Source of the DNA: a virus
Taxonomy: Duplodnaviria; Caudoviricetes
Direction: 5' to 3' (one strand)
IMG/VR virus record: IMGVR_UViG_3300038313_000129
Coordinates: 1-24,302 of that record
Length of the DNA: 24,302 bases
Below the pieces are notes generated by a model. It did no database searches and had not been told where the DNA came from. It saw only the letters and a program-made list of their open reading frames with translations. The number at the start of each line of letters is the position of its first letter. Positions within the stretch are counted from its first letter, which is position 1. The position numbers were made by a program, and so were the translations under genes. Of this stretch, positions 1 through 9,626 are shown in pieces.

Positions 1-686
1 ACGCCATTTGTACTATCTCTTATTCCCACCAAGTATAATCCCTCGTCCTCTTTGGTATATACGACACAATGAGCATCATCTAAAGAAATGTATTCAAATA
101 TAAATGTATAATTCGGATTACTTTTAAGCATTTTTAAATAGTTTGGAGAATCAAATAGCATATTATAGCCATCTTGTAGTCTCCAAGACAAATCCTTATC
201 TAAAGATTGACTTCCACTCATTATAATCTCGCCATTATACCATCTTGCACTTTGCATTGAACCGTCTAATTTATTTGATACCTCAATGTTTTTTGCTTTG
301 ACAATTTTATTCTTAATATTTTCAAGGCTGGTTTCTTTACATTCATTAAGATTCCTAAACTTCTTAAATGGCGAAAGGACAATATCTTCATTTACTATAT
401 CTATAACCAAACTTCGACATTCTTTATAAATACCGTCGTATAAATCCCAAAAATCGGTATATTCATATTCTGATTCACCATTAAAAACATTTGAATATCT
501 ACCATATCTAATCAATAATAGATTCCCATATTGTGTCAACTCCAATGGTTCGCATACCTTTTGGTGGTACGCACTACAATATTTAGAAATTAAATCCTTT
601 ATAGGTGTAGTTGTGTTGAAATTTTCACCCACTTCTTTTTTTATGTCCATAAATAATTCAAATACTTTATTCCAACTCGTACCCAT
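1..686 (-). CDS. T4 Rnl1-like RNA ligase, N-terminal part; runs off the window start
   Basis: Not in the ORF track. Manual translation from ATG 686 (GAGGA RBS at 696-700): MGTSWNKVFELF...KECRSLVID..VLSPFKKFRNLNE...VSNKLDGSM...TFIFEYIS..HCVVY..EGLYLVGIRD. Contains nucleotidyltransferase motif I (KxDGS) and the ECR/KFxN signatures of Rnl1. Confidence 0.85.
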   Translation of the reverse strand, partial: MGTSWNKVFELFMDIKKEVGENFNTTTPIKDLISKYCSAYHQKVCEPLELTQYGNLLLIRYGRYSNVFNGESEYEYTDFWDLYDGIYKECRSLVIDIVNEDIVLSPFKKFRNLNECKETSLENIKNKIVKAKNIEVSNKLDGSMQSARWYNGEIIMSGSQSLDKDLSWRLQDGYNMLFDSPNYLKMLKSNPNYTFIFEYISLDDAHCVVYTKEDEGLYLVGIRDSTNG

Positions 687-732
687 ATATCTTAATCCTC
701 AAATTCCTTTACCGTTCTAATCCTAAATTTTA

Positions 733-2340
733 TTATTCTACCTCAAACCTTTCTATAACACATTGTGGATTCATTCGACCTTGCCACCAGTTAATTCTTA
801 ACTTGCACGTTAGATTAATAATTAGGTCGGCATTTGCCCCGATATATAATAATTTTTCTTGGTCATCGTGTGATATGAAGAATTTGATATAATCTATTCC
901 ATTCACATTGAATTTTATAGTCGTTTTATTCTTACCCATAACTCGTATATTGTTAGAGTTTATTTGTATGTCATGTATATAAAACAATGGTTCTGATATT
1001 CCCTCACCCCACAAGTCATCCATACCATCAAACTCGGTAAATAACCTATTAGGGATAGCATTTGGCGTATAGGATTGTACCACATCTATTGGAGCTTCAT
1101 CTATATCAAACGCTTCACATTTATCTTTTAATGCCTTCAAATCACTTTCCATAAATCCGACACCAAATGCTTCATTATGCCCAGCACATATGGTCATTAA
1201 ACCACTATTCTTTAACGGCGTCAACATATCTGTATAAGACCGACAAGAACCAATATATTCGTTGTTATCTTTATGAACCAGTAATACTGGTTTACCGTAA
1301 TAATCCCTTAATTTATTGGCAACTAACCCAGTATATGGTGTGTCTTTTGTTTCTAATATCATAACTTTATCGTCATTGGGTTTTGTCATTTTTATGATGT
1401 CATCATACATCTTCTTAACATATCTTGATTGTTTATCGTGTTGGTTGTTCATTTGCCCTATAACATCATCATAATCGTTCCTGTTGATTACAAAACAATC
1501 GAACATGGCCTTTTTCAGTTGTTGATTATCACTACGACACACGCTATTTATCAACGGCGTTACATTCCATACTATATCCGTTGGTGTGATTGGGGAGTTT
1601 TTTATTTTCCTCTCGCATAGTTTTTTTAAGAAAGGATTGATTATGTGTTCTAATCCCCATACATTAAATGCACGATTTTCCAAAGACCTCATATCCATAA
1701 CATCGCTTAGATTCCCTAATGACACTAAGTCTATTAAGGTTTGGTAGAAATTATCACCACTATGGCGACAACAATATTCTATGAATTTGAACGTCACTCC
1801 CACTCCAGCCAAATCTTTATTAGTTACATTAGGAGACACTTGGTTGTTTATAATCACGGCATAAGGATTATCAACATTCTTTTGATGATGGTCTGTGATT
1901 AATATATGGACACCATTATCGAACAGTTCTTTGCATCTATCAACATCATTAGTTCCAGCATCGGGAATCCACAACATTCCGCAATCGTCCTTAATTTCGT
2001 TATATACATCATCGGACAATCCGTGTTGTTTGCCTTTATGAAATAGCACTCTTACATTATCTTTGGTATATCCTAAGTGTTTTAGATATAAATATGCTAT
2101 AACACTACTTGTTACGCCATCTGCATCCGAATCACTAATGATATATATAGCCTTATCAGAATCCGCCATTATTTGGAATAATATATTGAACCCCAACCCC
2201 ATTTTGTCATAATTTTCACAATCTTCTATATGTTCAAAACTATGGTCGATATATTCGTCTATATCTTGTATACCACATTTATGCAAATATTCTGTTAATG
2301 TAACCCTTGAATTTGAGGCGAATAATGTATTAATCTTCAC
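733..2340 (-). CDS. recJ: RecJ-like ssDNA exonuclease (DHH family)
   Basis: DSDADG, DAG, TDHH, LAGVGV, SDVMD, GSCRS and AGH motifs; follows helicase and primase as in SPbeta yorI-yorJ-yorK. Confidence 0.92.
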   Translation of the reverse strand: MKINTLFASNSRVTLTEYLHKCGIQDIDEYIDHSFEHIEDCENYDKMGLGFNILFQIMADSDKAIYIISDSDADGVTSSVIAYLYLKHLGYTKDNVRVLFHKGKQHGLSDDVYNEIKDDCGMLWIPDAGTNDVDRCKELFDNGVHILITDHHQKNVDNPYAVIINNQVSPNVTNKDLAGVGVTFKFIEYCCRHSGDNFYQTLIDLVSLGNLSDVMDMRSLENRAFNVWGLEHIINPFLKKLCERKIKNSPITPTDIVWNVTPLINSVCRSDNQQLKKAMFDCFVINRNDYDDVIGQMNNQHDKQSRYVKKMYDDIIKMTKPNDDKVMILETKDTPYTGLVANKLRDYYGKPVLLVHKDNNEYIGSCRSYTDMLTPLKNSGLMTICAGHNEAFGVGFMESDLKALKDKCEAFDIDEAPIDVVQSYTPNAIPNRLFTEFDGMDDLWGEGISEPLFYIHDIQINSNNIRVMGKNKTTIKFNVNGIDYIKFFISHDDQEKLLYIGANADLIINLTCKLRINWWQGRMNPQCVIERFEVE

Positions 2341-2512
2341 CGTAATATCCCTTCAACATCTTTATAAAATCTTCTTCTTCTATAAAAAATAAATCACTTC
2401 TATAACTAGCCATAACATTATTTATCATTTGCATAAATCTTAGGTCGGGATGTTTTTTCCAAACCTTTTCTATATCTTTAAGGAACGGTTCTATTCTTTT
2501 AATATCTCTCAT
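2330..2512 (-). CDS. small conserved phage protein (YihD/DUF1040-like)
   Basis: MRDxKRI...VWKKHPDLRFMQ pattern; stop overlaps the recJ start. Confidence 0.6.
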   Translation of the reverse strand: MRDIKRIEPFLKDIEKVWKKHPDLRFMQMINNVMASYRSDLFFIEEEDFIKMLKGYYGED

Positions 2513-2517
2513 TTTGT

Positions 2518-3084
2518 TTACACCATCTTTCTATTTATTAATAGTTCTGATATAGTTCTCGGCGTGTAATCCATCCACGGCATCATACACCCCACATTTA
2601 TTGTTTTGCAATAGTTATTAGGATAATTTTCTTTTATATAATCGGTTATTTCGTCCATCATCTTTTGTTCTAATGTTACATGAACGTGTCCATACAACAT
2701 AACCGCATTAGGGTAGTGGTCGTGATTATAGAATGGCATAGGATAATGTGACATCATTATCATTCTTTTACAATCATTTATCTCTTTATATGATGTTATT
2801 TCTACGAAATTAGACTCTGCCTTAACTGGCATCTTTTTAATATCGTGGTTGCCCAAAATCAAATGTTTGTTGCCGTTAAGTTTGTCACAAATATCATTCC
2901 AATCATCGGGTTTGGTACTCCAGCAAAAGTCACCTAATATATACACATCATCCTTTTTGCCAACTACATCGTTCCACCTTCTTACCATTTCGCCTTCCAT
3001 TTCTATCATATCCAAAAAAGGGCGGTTATCTAACTGGATAATATTATTATGTCCGAAGTGTGTATCTGCTATATAAAAATTCAT
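2518..3084 (-). CDS. calcineurin-like metallophosphoesterase
   Basis: DTHFGH, LGD, GNHD, SHYP and GHVH motifs; start moved to ATG 3084, which follows GGAGG. Confidence 0.92.
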   Translation of the reverse strand: MNFYIADTHFGHNNIIQLDNRPFLDMIEMEGEMVRRWNDVVGKKDDVYILGDFCWSTKPDDWNDICDKLNGNKHLILGNHDIKKMPVKAESNFVEITSYKEINDCKRMIMMSHYPMPFYNHDHYPNAVMLYGHVHVTLEQKMMDEITDYIKENYPNNYCKTINVGCMMPWMDYTPRTISELLINRKMV

Positions 3085-3085
3085 T

Positions 3086-3349
3086 TTACCTCCATTTATT
3101 AAATCCACCGACATTATTATCGGCTCTGTTGCAATATCCTAAATCTTCATTGTTGGGCGTTGTGTCTGTATTAGTAAATGTAACATTTGGCGGGGCTTTA
3201 GTCTTAACACCGCTTTTCGCTTCACACCATAACATTATCAGTATACCACATAACACGGCAATACCACACCACTTACCACAAATCAACCAAATAACGCCTA
3301 CTAAAGCCCCATATCCTAATATATATATTAATAATCCTACTATAAACAT
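3086..3349 (-). CDS. small membrane protein
   Basis: Two hydrophobic segments in the N-terminal half; GAGGTG RBS. Confidence 0.7.
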   Translation of the reverse strand: MFIVGLLIYILGYGALVGVIWLICGKWCGIAVLCGILIMLWCEAKSGVKTKAPPNVTFTNTDTTPNNEDLGYCNRADNNVGGFNKWR

Positions 3350-3388
3350 AATATCACCTCTTTATATAATATAATATCACAATTCACC

Positions 3389-4453
3389 CTATAAGTCAAC
3401 CCTATTTTTATATAAATATTCAAATTGCTCTTTGGTAAAATCAAAGGGCGAATATTTATACCCTTGAAATTTATCGTTAAACATCACATTTACTCTAAAA
3501 TAAGGCTTAAGCATACTGGCGGTTTTCATTACTTTCTTTCGATATTCCTGTGATTCTGCATCTTGGGGGTCTTGGTAGTCATAATCAATACCAATGGTTA
3601 CTTCATCCACACCCATTGACAATAGTGTTTTTATTTTAATGCTACTTACATTACTGCCATATAATGCAAGGGCAATTGAATTATTCCCATACCAACTATC
3701 TGATTTAAGTACGGACTTTTCACCCTCTACTAATATAGCCTTTTTCTTTTGTGATATACTTTTAGCGTTTTCATATTCCCCATACATATAAGCACTCGTT
3801 GGAAAATTATATATAGTTCCATTTAATAACTTAACGGGGCGATATTTTCCATTATCCCCATAAAAATATCTGCCACGAATACCCACCAAATCACCTTTAA
3901 TATCACGACAAGGCAATATAATACAATCTTTGGTGGGATAGTATGCCACCAGAAATTTCTTTAATGAATCGTTACAAATCCCTTCATCAATCCAACCCTG
4001 ATAGTACATCTTAGGAAATCCTTTTAGAATATTATCATCATATACAATTCGCTCATTTTTTGTGAAATTATGGCGATATTTCGCTACTATTTTGTGCCAA
4101 CTGGATTGTATAGTCTTAGATTGGTAATTATCGCTGTTTAAACCTAATGTATCTAAAACGAAAATAACCGAATCGAAGAATGTATAATCGGGATTGAATA
4201 GTTGCTGTCTTATCTTTACTAATTCAAATACATCCCCACCACTTAAACAACCATGAGAAAAACAAGTTAGCGTATATGTATTGGTATAAAATGCAAGATT
4301 TGCGTCACAATCGTCTGGGGATATGCAATGACACATGGATTTTAACATCCACACATCATTGCTTCTTGATACAACTGGTATACCTAACTCGTCAAATACT
4401 TTCTCATAGTCGTCCAAAGTTAGTGTTTCTTTTAATGCTTTAATGTCTAACAT
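3389..4453 (-). CDS. DNA primase (Zn-binding domain + TOPRIM)
   Basis: CH...CxxxC zinc ligands, G-I-R-G-R, LVEGEKS and DYD TOPRIM motifs; replication-module context. Confidence 0.9.
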   Translation of the reverse strand: MLDIKALKETLTLDDYEKVFDELGIPVVSRSNDVWMLKSMCHCISPDDCDANLAFYTNTYTLTCFSHGCLSGGDVFELVKIRQQLFNPDYTFFDSVIFVLDTLGLNSDNYQSKTIQSSWHKIVAKYRHNFTKNERIVYDDNILKGFPKMYYQGWIDEGICNDSLKKFLVAYYPTKDCIILPCRDIKGDLVGIRGRYFYGDNGKYRPVKLLNGTIYNFPTSAYMYGEYENAKSISQKKKAILVEGEKSVLKSDSWYGNNSIALALYGSNVSSIKIKTLLSMGVDEVTIGIDYDYQDPQDAESQEYRKKVMKTASMLKPYFRVNVMFNDKFQGYKYSPFDFTKEQFEYLYKNRVDL

Positions 4454-4770
4454 TTTACCTTAAACTTCTTATCATTCAAAATATAATATGTACTTATAGG
4501 ATATGTTAAATTGCTATAATCGCTATATACCGATGTGAATCCTAAATAATAACGCAAATAATCTATTAATACATTTAGGTGGTCTTTGTCATATATTTTA
4601 ATAAAAGTTTTGTTACCTATTAATACCTCATCGTACAATAAAAATTCATCGTAATCAAGTTTAGATTGCCACCTTTTTGCTTTATCTGGGTCTCTAAAGT
4701 TTTGACCATCGGTTGTAATAAACATTGTTTGAATATTGATGTTGTGTCCGTGTGTTTCTATCGCTCTCAT
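4447..4770 (-). CDS. hypothetical protein
   Basis: 107 aa ORF overlapping both neighbours; GAGGTG RBS. Confidence 0.75.
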   Translation of the reverse strand: MRAIETHGHNINIQTMFITTDGQNFRDPDKAKRWQSKLDYDEFLLYDEVLIGNKTFIKIYDKDHLNVLIDYLRYYLGFTSVYSDYSNLTYPISTYYILNDKKFKVKC

Positions 4771-5018
4771 AATATCACCTCATAATTTTCCATCACATCT
4801 TCTCTTGTTAATGGTTGCACTTTCATAACCTCGGTGGTTATCGCATCTGTGTCGGGATTACAATATTTATTAAATATCATATCACTAATATCATTTGATA
4901 TTTCCGCACTTCTATCATTACATCGTTTATATGCCTCAACCATTGTATCTTCATCTTTGATTTCTTTAGGCGACATATTCAAAATCCTTATCTGTAATAC
5001 CGTTTCTACTGCTACCAT
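4767..5018 (-). CDS. hypothetical protein
   Basis: 83 aa ORF coupled by TAATG and ATGA overlaps. Confidence 0.75.
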   Translation of the reverse strand: MVAVETVLQIRILNMSPKEIKDEDTMVEAYKRCNDRSAEISNDISDMIFNKYCNPDTDAITTEVMKVQPLTREDVMENYEVIL

Positions 5019-6421
5019 TAAATATTCACCTTCGTTTCATAATTAGTTGCTATAACTTTACTTGTTTTATTTGCCTTAGACAATCTCTTTTTTAGTTCCT
5101 TTGAAAATCCTATCTTGTCGTCTTGATTACCGTGAACAAGGCAAATCTTGTTATATGATAGTTTAGTATAGTAATCAAGCAATTGCTTTTTATCCATATG
5201 GCTTGAAAAACTATTAAGTATCAATACCTTACATTTATTCTTTACGACCTTTTTATCTATCTTTATTTCCTTTAGTTCGCCACTTTTCATTTTACCAGCG
5301 TTGGATTCTGGTGTTGCATACCCACAAAATACCATATATGATTTGGGGTCGGGCATTATATATTTAAGCCACGCCATAGCACCGCCAGATTTAAGGAATC
5401 CTCCACTCGATAGTATAAGTAGCGGATAATCACTTGAATTTCCAAAATATTCTATGTCTTTAAAGTCGTGAATGAATAATTTCTTATCCCATTTCTTTAT
5501 ATCATACCATAGTTCCTTATTTTTGTCAATAACATTTTCCCATTCGTGTGATATAGATTCACCCAATGGTGTGTATATTAGCACCCTTATAGGCGGATTC
5601 TCGCTATACATATCATATATAGTGGTTAACATTTCTTGCAATCTGCTATTGGCGAATGTCGGTATTAGTATTTTAGATTTATGTTCTATCGCAAAATCAA
5701 TAGCCATTTTTAGTTTGTCAATATCCTTACTGCGGTCTTTAATTTTATTCATCCTTTTACCACCACCATAAGTACATTCGCCCACCAATACATCTAAGTG
5801 TTCATTTATAGGCTCAAATTCACTGATATAATACTGTTGTGGTTTATGGCTTATATCACCAGTAAACCCCACCCTTTTAATATTGACACCATCAAATAGT
5901 TCAACTACAACCTGTCTTGCCTTTGGTATATGCTCAGCGTTGTAATAAGTAAACGATATGTTATTATCTATCTTAGTTTTATCGTGTACTTCACATTCAA
6001 TAATATGATTTAACATATTATCCACATCATCTTGTGTGTATATTGGTTGTCTATTATTCTTAATACTATCTTGACCGAATATCTTAACACAATCCTGTAA
6101 CATTAAACTATATATTCCTTTAATACCCTTTGGTATATATACTGGGCAATTTGCCCCGTCTTTGAATAACGCTGGAACTAAGCCACCGTGGTCTATGTGA
6201 CTTGGATGTGTGATGATAATTGCATCTATTTGTTTTGGCTTTATGTCCTTGTGTCTTGTACTGTTTATTTTATAGTCAAGGTCGTCATCATTGTTCTGAA
6301 AAAGACCATAATCTATAAGGATGGTCTTATCAAAGAATCTTAGTAAGATACAAGACCCAGTAACATCATTAGAATTATGACCTATAAATTTTAGGTAAGG
6401 GGTTTTAATTGCTTTTGCCAT
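5018..6421 (-). CDS. metallo-beta-lactamase/beta-CASP nuclease (Ysh1/CPSF73-like)
   Basis: VTGSC, IDYG, THPSHIDH, FTGD, ECTYG, GY, FSSH and LVHG motifs. Confidence 0.88.
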   Translation of the reverse strand: MAKAIKTPYLKFIGHNSNDVTGSCILLRFFDKTILIDYGLFQNNDDDLDYKINSTRHKDIKPKQIDAIIITHPSHIDHGGLVPALFKDGANCPVYIPKGIKGIYSLMLQDCVKIFGQDSIKNNRQPIYTQDDVDNMLNHIIECEVHDKTKIDNNISFTYYNAEHIPKARQVVVELFDGVNIKRVGFTGDISHKPQQYYISEFEPINEHLDVLVGECTYGGGKRMNKIKDRSKDIDKLKMAIDFAIEHKSKILIPTFANSRLQEMLTTIYDMYSENPPIRVLIYTPLGESISHEWENVIDKNKELWYDIKKWDKKLFIHDFKDIEYFGNSSDYPLLILSSGGFLKSGGAMAWLKYIMPDPKSYMVFCGYATPESNAGKMKSGELKEIKIDKKVVKNKCKVLILNSFSSHMDKKQLLDYYTKLSYNKICLVHGNQDDKIGFSKELKKRLSKANKTSKVIATNYETKVNI

Positions 6422-6442
6422 ATGTTAGCCTTTCTTTATTAG

Positions 6443-6670
6443 TTATTTATCTATTATTTTTCGTGTTGCCAAATAATCTCGCACCGCTTCTTCAAATGCT
6501 TTGTTAATACCTTGTAATGCATCGCTTTCAAACACTACTAAGTCGCCTAAAGTATTATCTATTGTGCCGTAAAAGGTTACTTGTTCGTCTTGCCAATCCT
6601 TATAAATACTGGCGTTATACACCTTATTATCTACTACTATCGAACGATTAGTCATATATTTTTTCTTCAT
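6443..6670 (-). CDS. HicB-like antitoxin domain, orphan, no C-terminal DNA-binding domain
   Basis: Y-x-A-S-I...FYG-x-I...DLVVFES...KAFEEAVRDYL resembles the HicB N-terminal domain; 75 aa; no hicA alongside. Confidence 0.7.
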   Translation of the reverse strand: MKKKYMTNRSIVVDNKVYNASIYKDWQDEQVTFYGTIDNTLGDLVVFESDALQGINKAFEEAVRDYLATRKIIDK

Positions 6671-6671
6671 A

Positions 6672-8183
6672 TTAGCCCATCCTTAAATCTAATTTTTCCA
6701 TCTCATAAGGTTCATTATCTTTGTTTGTCACCCAACAATCAGCCACATCTCCCGTAGACAAATCAAGATTTATCCATACTTTAGCCCCTTGTTCGTGACT
6801 TCCAAATCTAACCTTATATACGTGCAGTATTCTATTTGGATATATTATTTCTTTCTTACCATTCTGCCTTTGTTCATCTATCATTATCTGTGCAATATCC
6901 TGTTCGTCTGGTCTTAATGGCATTAATATACTTGCATAATCGCACTTATTCACCACGCTTCTCGACCCTGCAATACACCCAGAATCCATTTGCTTTTGTT
7001 GATATACATTGGCATTAACCTGTGTAAATGAACTAACCGATATATTATATTTAGTCGCCATATCCTTAAGGAACGAACTCATTGTTGCTAATACCATATC
7101 ATCTCTTGTAGTTACTTTATTTTTCATAGCAACTTCACCACTTACAGATGCTTGCGAACTAATATAATCAAACCATAAATAACCTATATTATGATTTAGC
7201 ACATAATCTTGAACATAAGCCTCTACTGTCGCTAAAGTGAAATTAGGCATATTAACCATATATATATTACTTTCGTTCAGTATGTCTATAGCCTTGTCCA
7301 CACGCTCCCTTTCATCATCATAGTATGTTCCATTTAATATGTGTGTGGTCGGTACTTTAGATATGCTGGCAATCAGTTTTGGTGATGTTTCATATAGTTG
7401 ATTTTGTTCATAATCCATATATAGGATTCCTTCATTCACATAATAAGGGTTCTTTTGCCATTCTTTTGTATATTTATTGTATAAAATAGGACAACCAATT
7501 AAAGCCATATTGCCAATAGCCCATGTTGATTTTCCCATTCCTGAACCGCACGATATTACATTGAATTGTCCCTTAATTAATCCCCTTGTTATTGCGTTAT
7601 AATACTGACTTAGTGTACTAGCACCAACCATAGGCGTTTTAGTAAACTCTTCAACAATTTCGTGCATTTTATAGCCAGCTTTAACTTCTTCAATATCACT
7701 ATCTACTAAGTATTCTTTTTTCGCCTGTGCTTGAATTTTGTCGTAATATTTTACAATATCTTCTAGTTCAAATTTTTCTAATTTTTCTCTATCGTCAAAA
7801 TCTTCATTATAGAATTGTGTAATATTGAATCCTTTTGATTTGTAATATCTTAATAATGCGTATTTTTTTAATACATTATAATGATAGTCAAAATCATCTA
7901 CACTAGCAAGTTCTTTAGCTGACCTAACAAATTCCATAAAATTATTTTGTTTGGCGACAGTATATCTTGCTTCATCACATTGCAAGAACATATCAATACT
8001 GACTTCATCAAGTTCATTGACTCCTTGACTTGTTACATTTCTTATTGCCCAAAACATAATCCTGTTAAACTCATTAGGTTCAAAATCAGTTGGTTCGATT
8101 TTATATTTGTCACTTAATAATAGTGTTGGTCTATTTAATAAATGACCTAGCACCATTAACGCCGAATTTTCACTATATAACAT
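6672..8183 (-). CDS. DnaB-like replicative helicase (YorI-like)
   Basis: Walker A GSGMGKS, catalytic E (DYEQ), Walker B WFDYI, TQVN, AGSRSVVNKCD, KVRFG. Confidence 0.92.
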   Translation of the reverse strand: MLYSENSALMVLGHLLNRPTLLLSDKYKIEPTDFEPNEFNRIMFWAIRNVTSQGVNELDEVSIDMFLQCDEARYTVAKQNNFMEFVRSAKELASVDDFDYHYNVLKKYALLRYYKSKGFNITQFYNEDFDDREKLEKFELEDIVKYYDKIQAQAKKEYLVDSDIEEVKAGYKMHEIVEEFTKTPMVGASTLSQYYNAITRGLIKGQFNVISCGSGMGKSTWAIGNMALIGCPILYNKYTKEWQKNPYYVNEGILYMDYEQNQLYETSPKLIASISKVPTTHILNGTYYDDERERVDKAIDILNESNIYMVNMPNFTLATVEAYVQDYVLNHNIGYLWFDYISSQASVSGEVAMKNKVTTRDDMVLATMSSFLKDMATKYNISVSSFTQVNANVYQQKQMDSGCIAGSRSVVNKCDYASILMPLRPDEQDIAQIMIDEQRQNGKKEIIYPNRILHVYKVRFGSHEQGAKVWINLDLSTGDVADCWVTNKDNEPYEMEKLDLRMG

Positions 8184-8197
8184 TCATACTTATCCTC

Positions 8198-8518
8198 CTA
8201 ACTTAGTTTGTCTTGATTCAATGGTTTGCCATATTCTCCTATTGAATCAATACATTGTTTAATGATATTTGCACATTGTGTCTGTTCTCTTAGTTCTTCG
8301 CAGTTAGTCTTATCATACCACACAAAAACCCTGTATTCCAAATCGAATAGGTAAGCATTTAAACAAGCCACACTATATGTATATATGTATGGGTCTCCCC
8401 TGTTGATTGCTTCTAATGTATCAAGAAATGAACAACACATATATTCACGTTCGACCTCGTCAGTATCATACAAGAACAAATGAAATTCTTTATTATTATA
8501 TATCAATTTCATATCCAT
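8198..8518 (-). CDS. hypothetical protein
   Basis: 106 aa ORF with GGAGAGGA RBS. Confidence 0.75.
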   Translation of the reverse strand: MDMKLIYNNKEFHLFLYDTDEVEREYMCCSFLDTLEAINRGDPYIYTYSVACLNAYLFDLEYRVFVWYDKTNCEELREQTQCANIIKQCIDSIGEYGKPLNQDKLS

Positions 8519-8620
8519 TATCCTCTCCTATTGTAATTAATATATTTTCATCCCGAAATTCGCCTTGATTACTAGTGCTGGGCAAAACTTTGGCTTACCA
8601 CCCATACTGTATCTCCTATA

Positions 8621-8728
8621 TTAAACATAAGTTGAATTGGGTTTTATATATTTTGCTATTGGTTCTATTGCATATAATGGTGTATAAAATTCATCGTTAC
8701 CACTATTGGCTACATTTGCTACTATCAT
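8621..8728 (-). pseudogene. truncated N-terminus of a second (adenine) DNA methyltransferase-like gene
   Basis: ATGA-coupled to the MTase. MIVANVANSGNDEFYTPLYAIEPIAKYIKPNSTYV* resembles the DEFYTP..AI.PI.KY.KP.STIWCPFD start of phage MTases but stops before WCPFD. Confidence 0.6.
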
Positions 8729-9447
8729 ATATTTTTTATCCTTTCAACTGCTATATCAAAATATTTTTTATCAAGTTCTATACCTATATATCTACGATTA
8801 GTATTCTTACAAGCCACACAAGTCGAACCTGAACCCATAAATGGGTCTATTATTACACTATTTTTATTTGAATGTAATAATATATATTGAGTTAATAAAT
8901 CAATGGGTTTTTCGGTTGGATGAAACCTTGTTTTATTAGGAACGATTGAACTAATAAAACATTTCTTTTTATAATCAAAAGGTGTATTATTATTAAAAGT
9001 CGCTCCCTTCCCACGAACATATACAATAAATTCGCAATCTGATAAATATTTACCATTACATAATGGTGCTGGATTAGTTTTGTTCCATACTAATAAAGTT
9101 GTGGATAATTTTTTTGATTCAAAATATCCCATAATGGTAGAAATTTGTTTATTTGAACAAAATATAAAGAAATTCGGAATTTTACATATTCTTAACATTT
9201 GAGTAAATATTTCTTCATAATTGAATCCATTACTTATAAAATCTATGTGCAAATCTTTTACAAGTTTCCTTTGAGCTAATTCAGTTTGTCCACCACCATG
9301 ATTTTCATTTTTATATGGTGGGTCTGTCAATATCATATCAACACTATTATCAGGAATATTTTTCATAATATCTAAGCAATCACCTTTAAAGCACATACCT
9401 AATTCGTCTTTATAGTCTGCTTTATTATATAGTTCTTTTAGTGTCAT
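8725..9447 (-). CDS. N4-C/N6-A DNA methyltransferase, beta class
   Basis: GDCL, DPPY (motif IV) before HPTEKP and DPFMGSGST (motif I), IGIELD. Confidence 0.95.
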   Translation of the reverse strand: MTLKELYNKADYKDELGMCFKGDCLDIMKNIPDNSVDMILTDPPYKNENHGGGQTELAQRKLVKDLHIDFISNGFNYEEIFTQMLRICKIPNFFIFCSNKQISTIMGYFESKKLSTTLLVWNKTNPAPLCNGKYLSDCEFIVYVRGKGATFNNNTPFDYKKKCFISSIVPNKTRFHPTEKPIDLLTQYILLHSNKNSVIIDPFMGSGSTCVACKNTNRRYIGIELDKKYFDIAVERIKNI

Positions 9448-9464
9448 TATTTTCTCCTTTAATT

Positions 9465-9626
9465 CTATATTTCGTTCTCTATATATAACTGAACACTATT
9501 GTCTGCTTCGAAAGACCTTCTTTTATACTTTAAATAATCCTCATTCCATTTATTTTTTCTTTCCAGCGCATCAGCTAGCTTATCTGTAGTATATATAACG
9601 ATTCCTTGTGATACTAATATATACAT
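9465..9626 (-). CDS. hypothetical protein, 53 aa
   Basis: MYILVSQGIVIYTTDKLADALERK...ENEI*; GGAGG RBS; fills the gap between neighbours. Confidence 0.7.
   Translation of the reverse strand: MYILVSQGIVIYTTDKLADALERKNKWNEDYLKYKRRSFEADNSVQLYIENEI

Noticed and set aside
6018-9108. Perfect DnaA boxes at 6018-6026 and 9100-9108
   Set aside because: Isolated, inside coding sequence and plausible by chance in AT-rich DNA.
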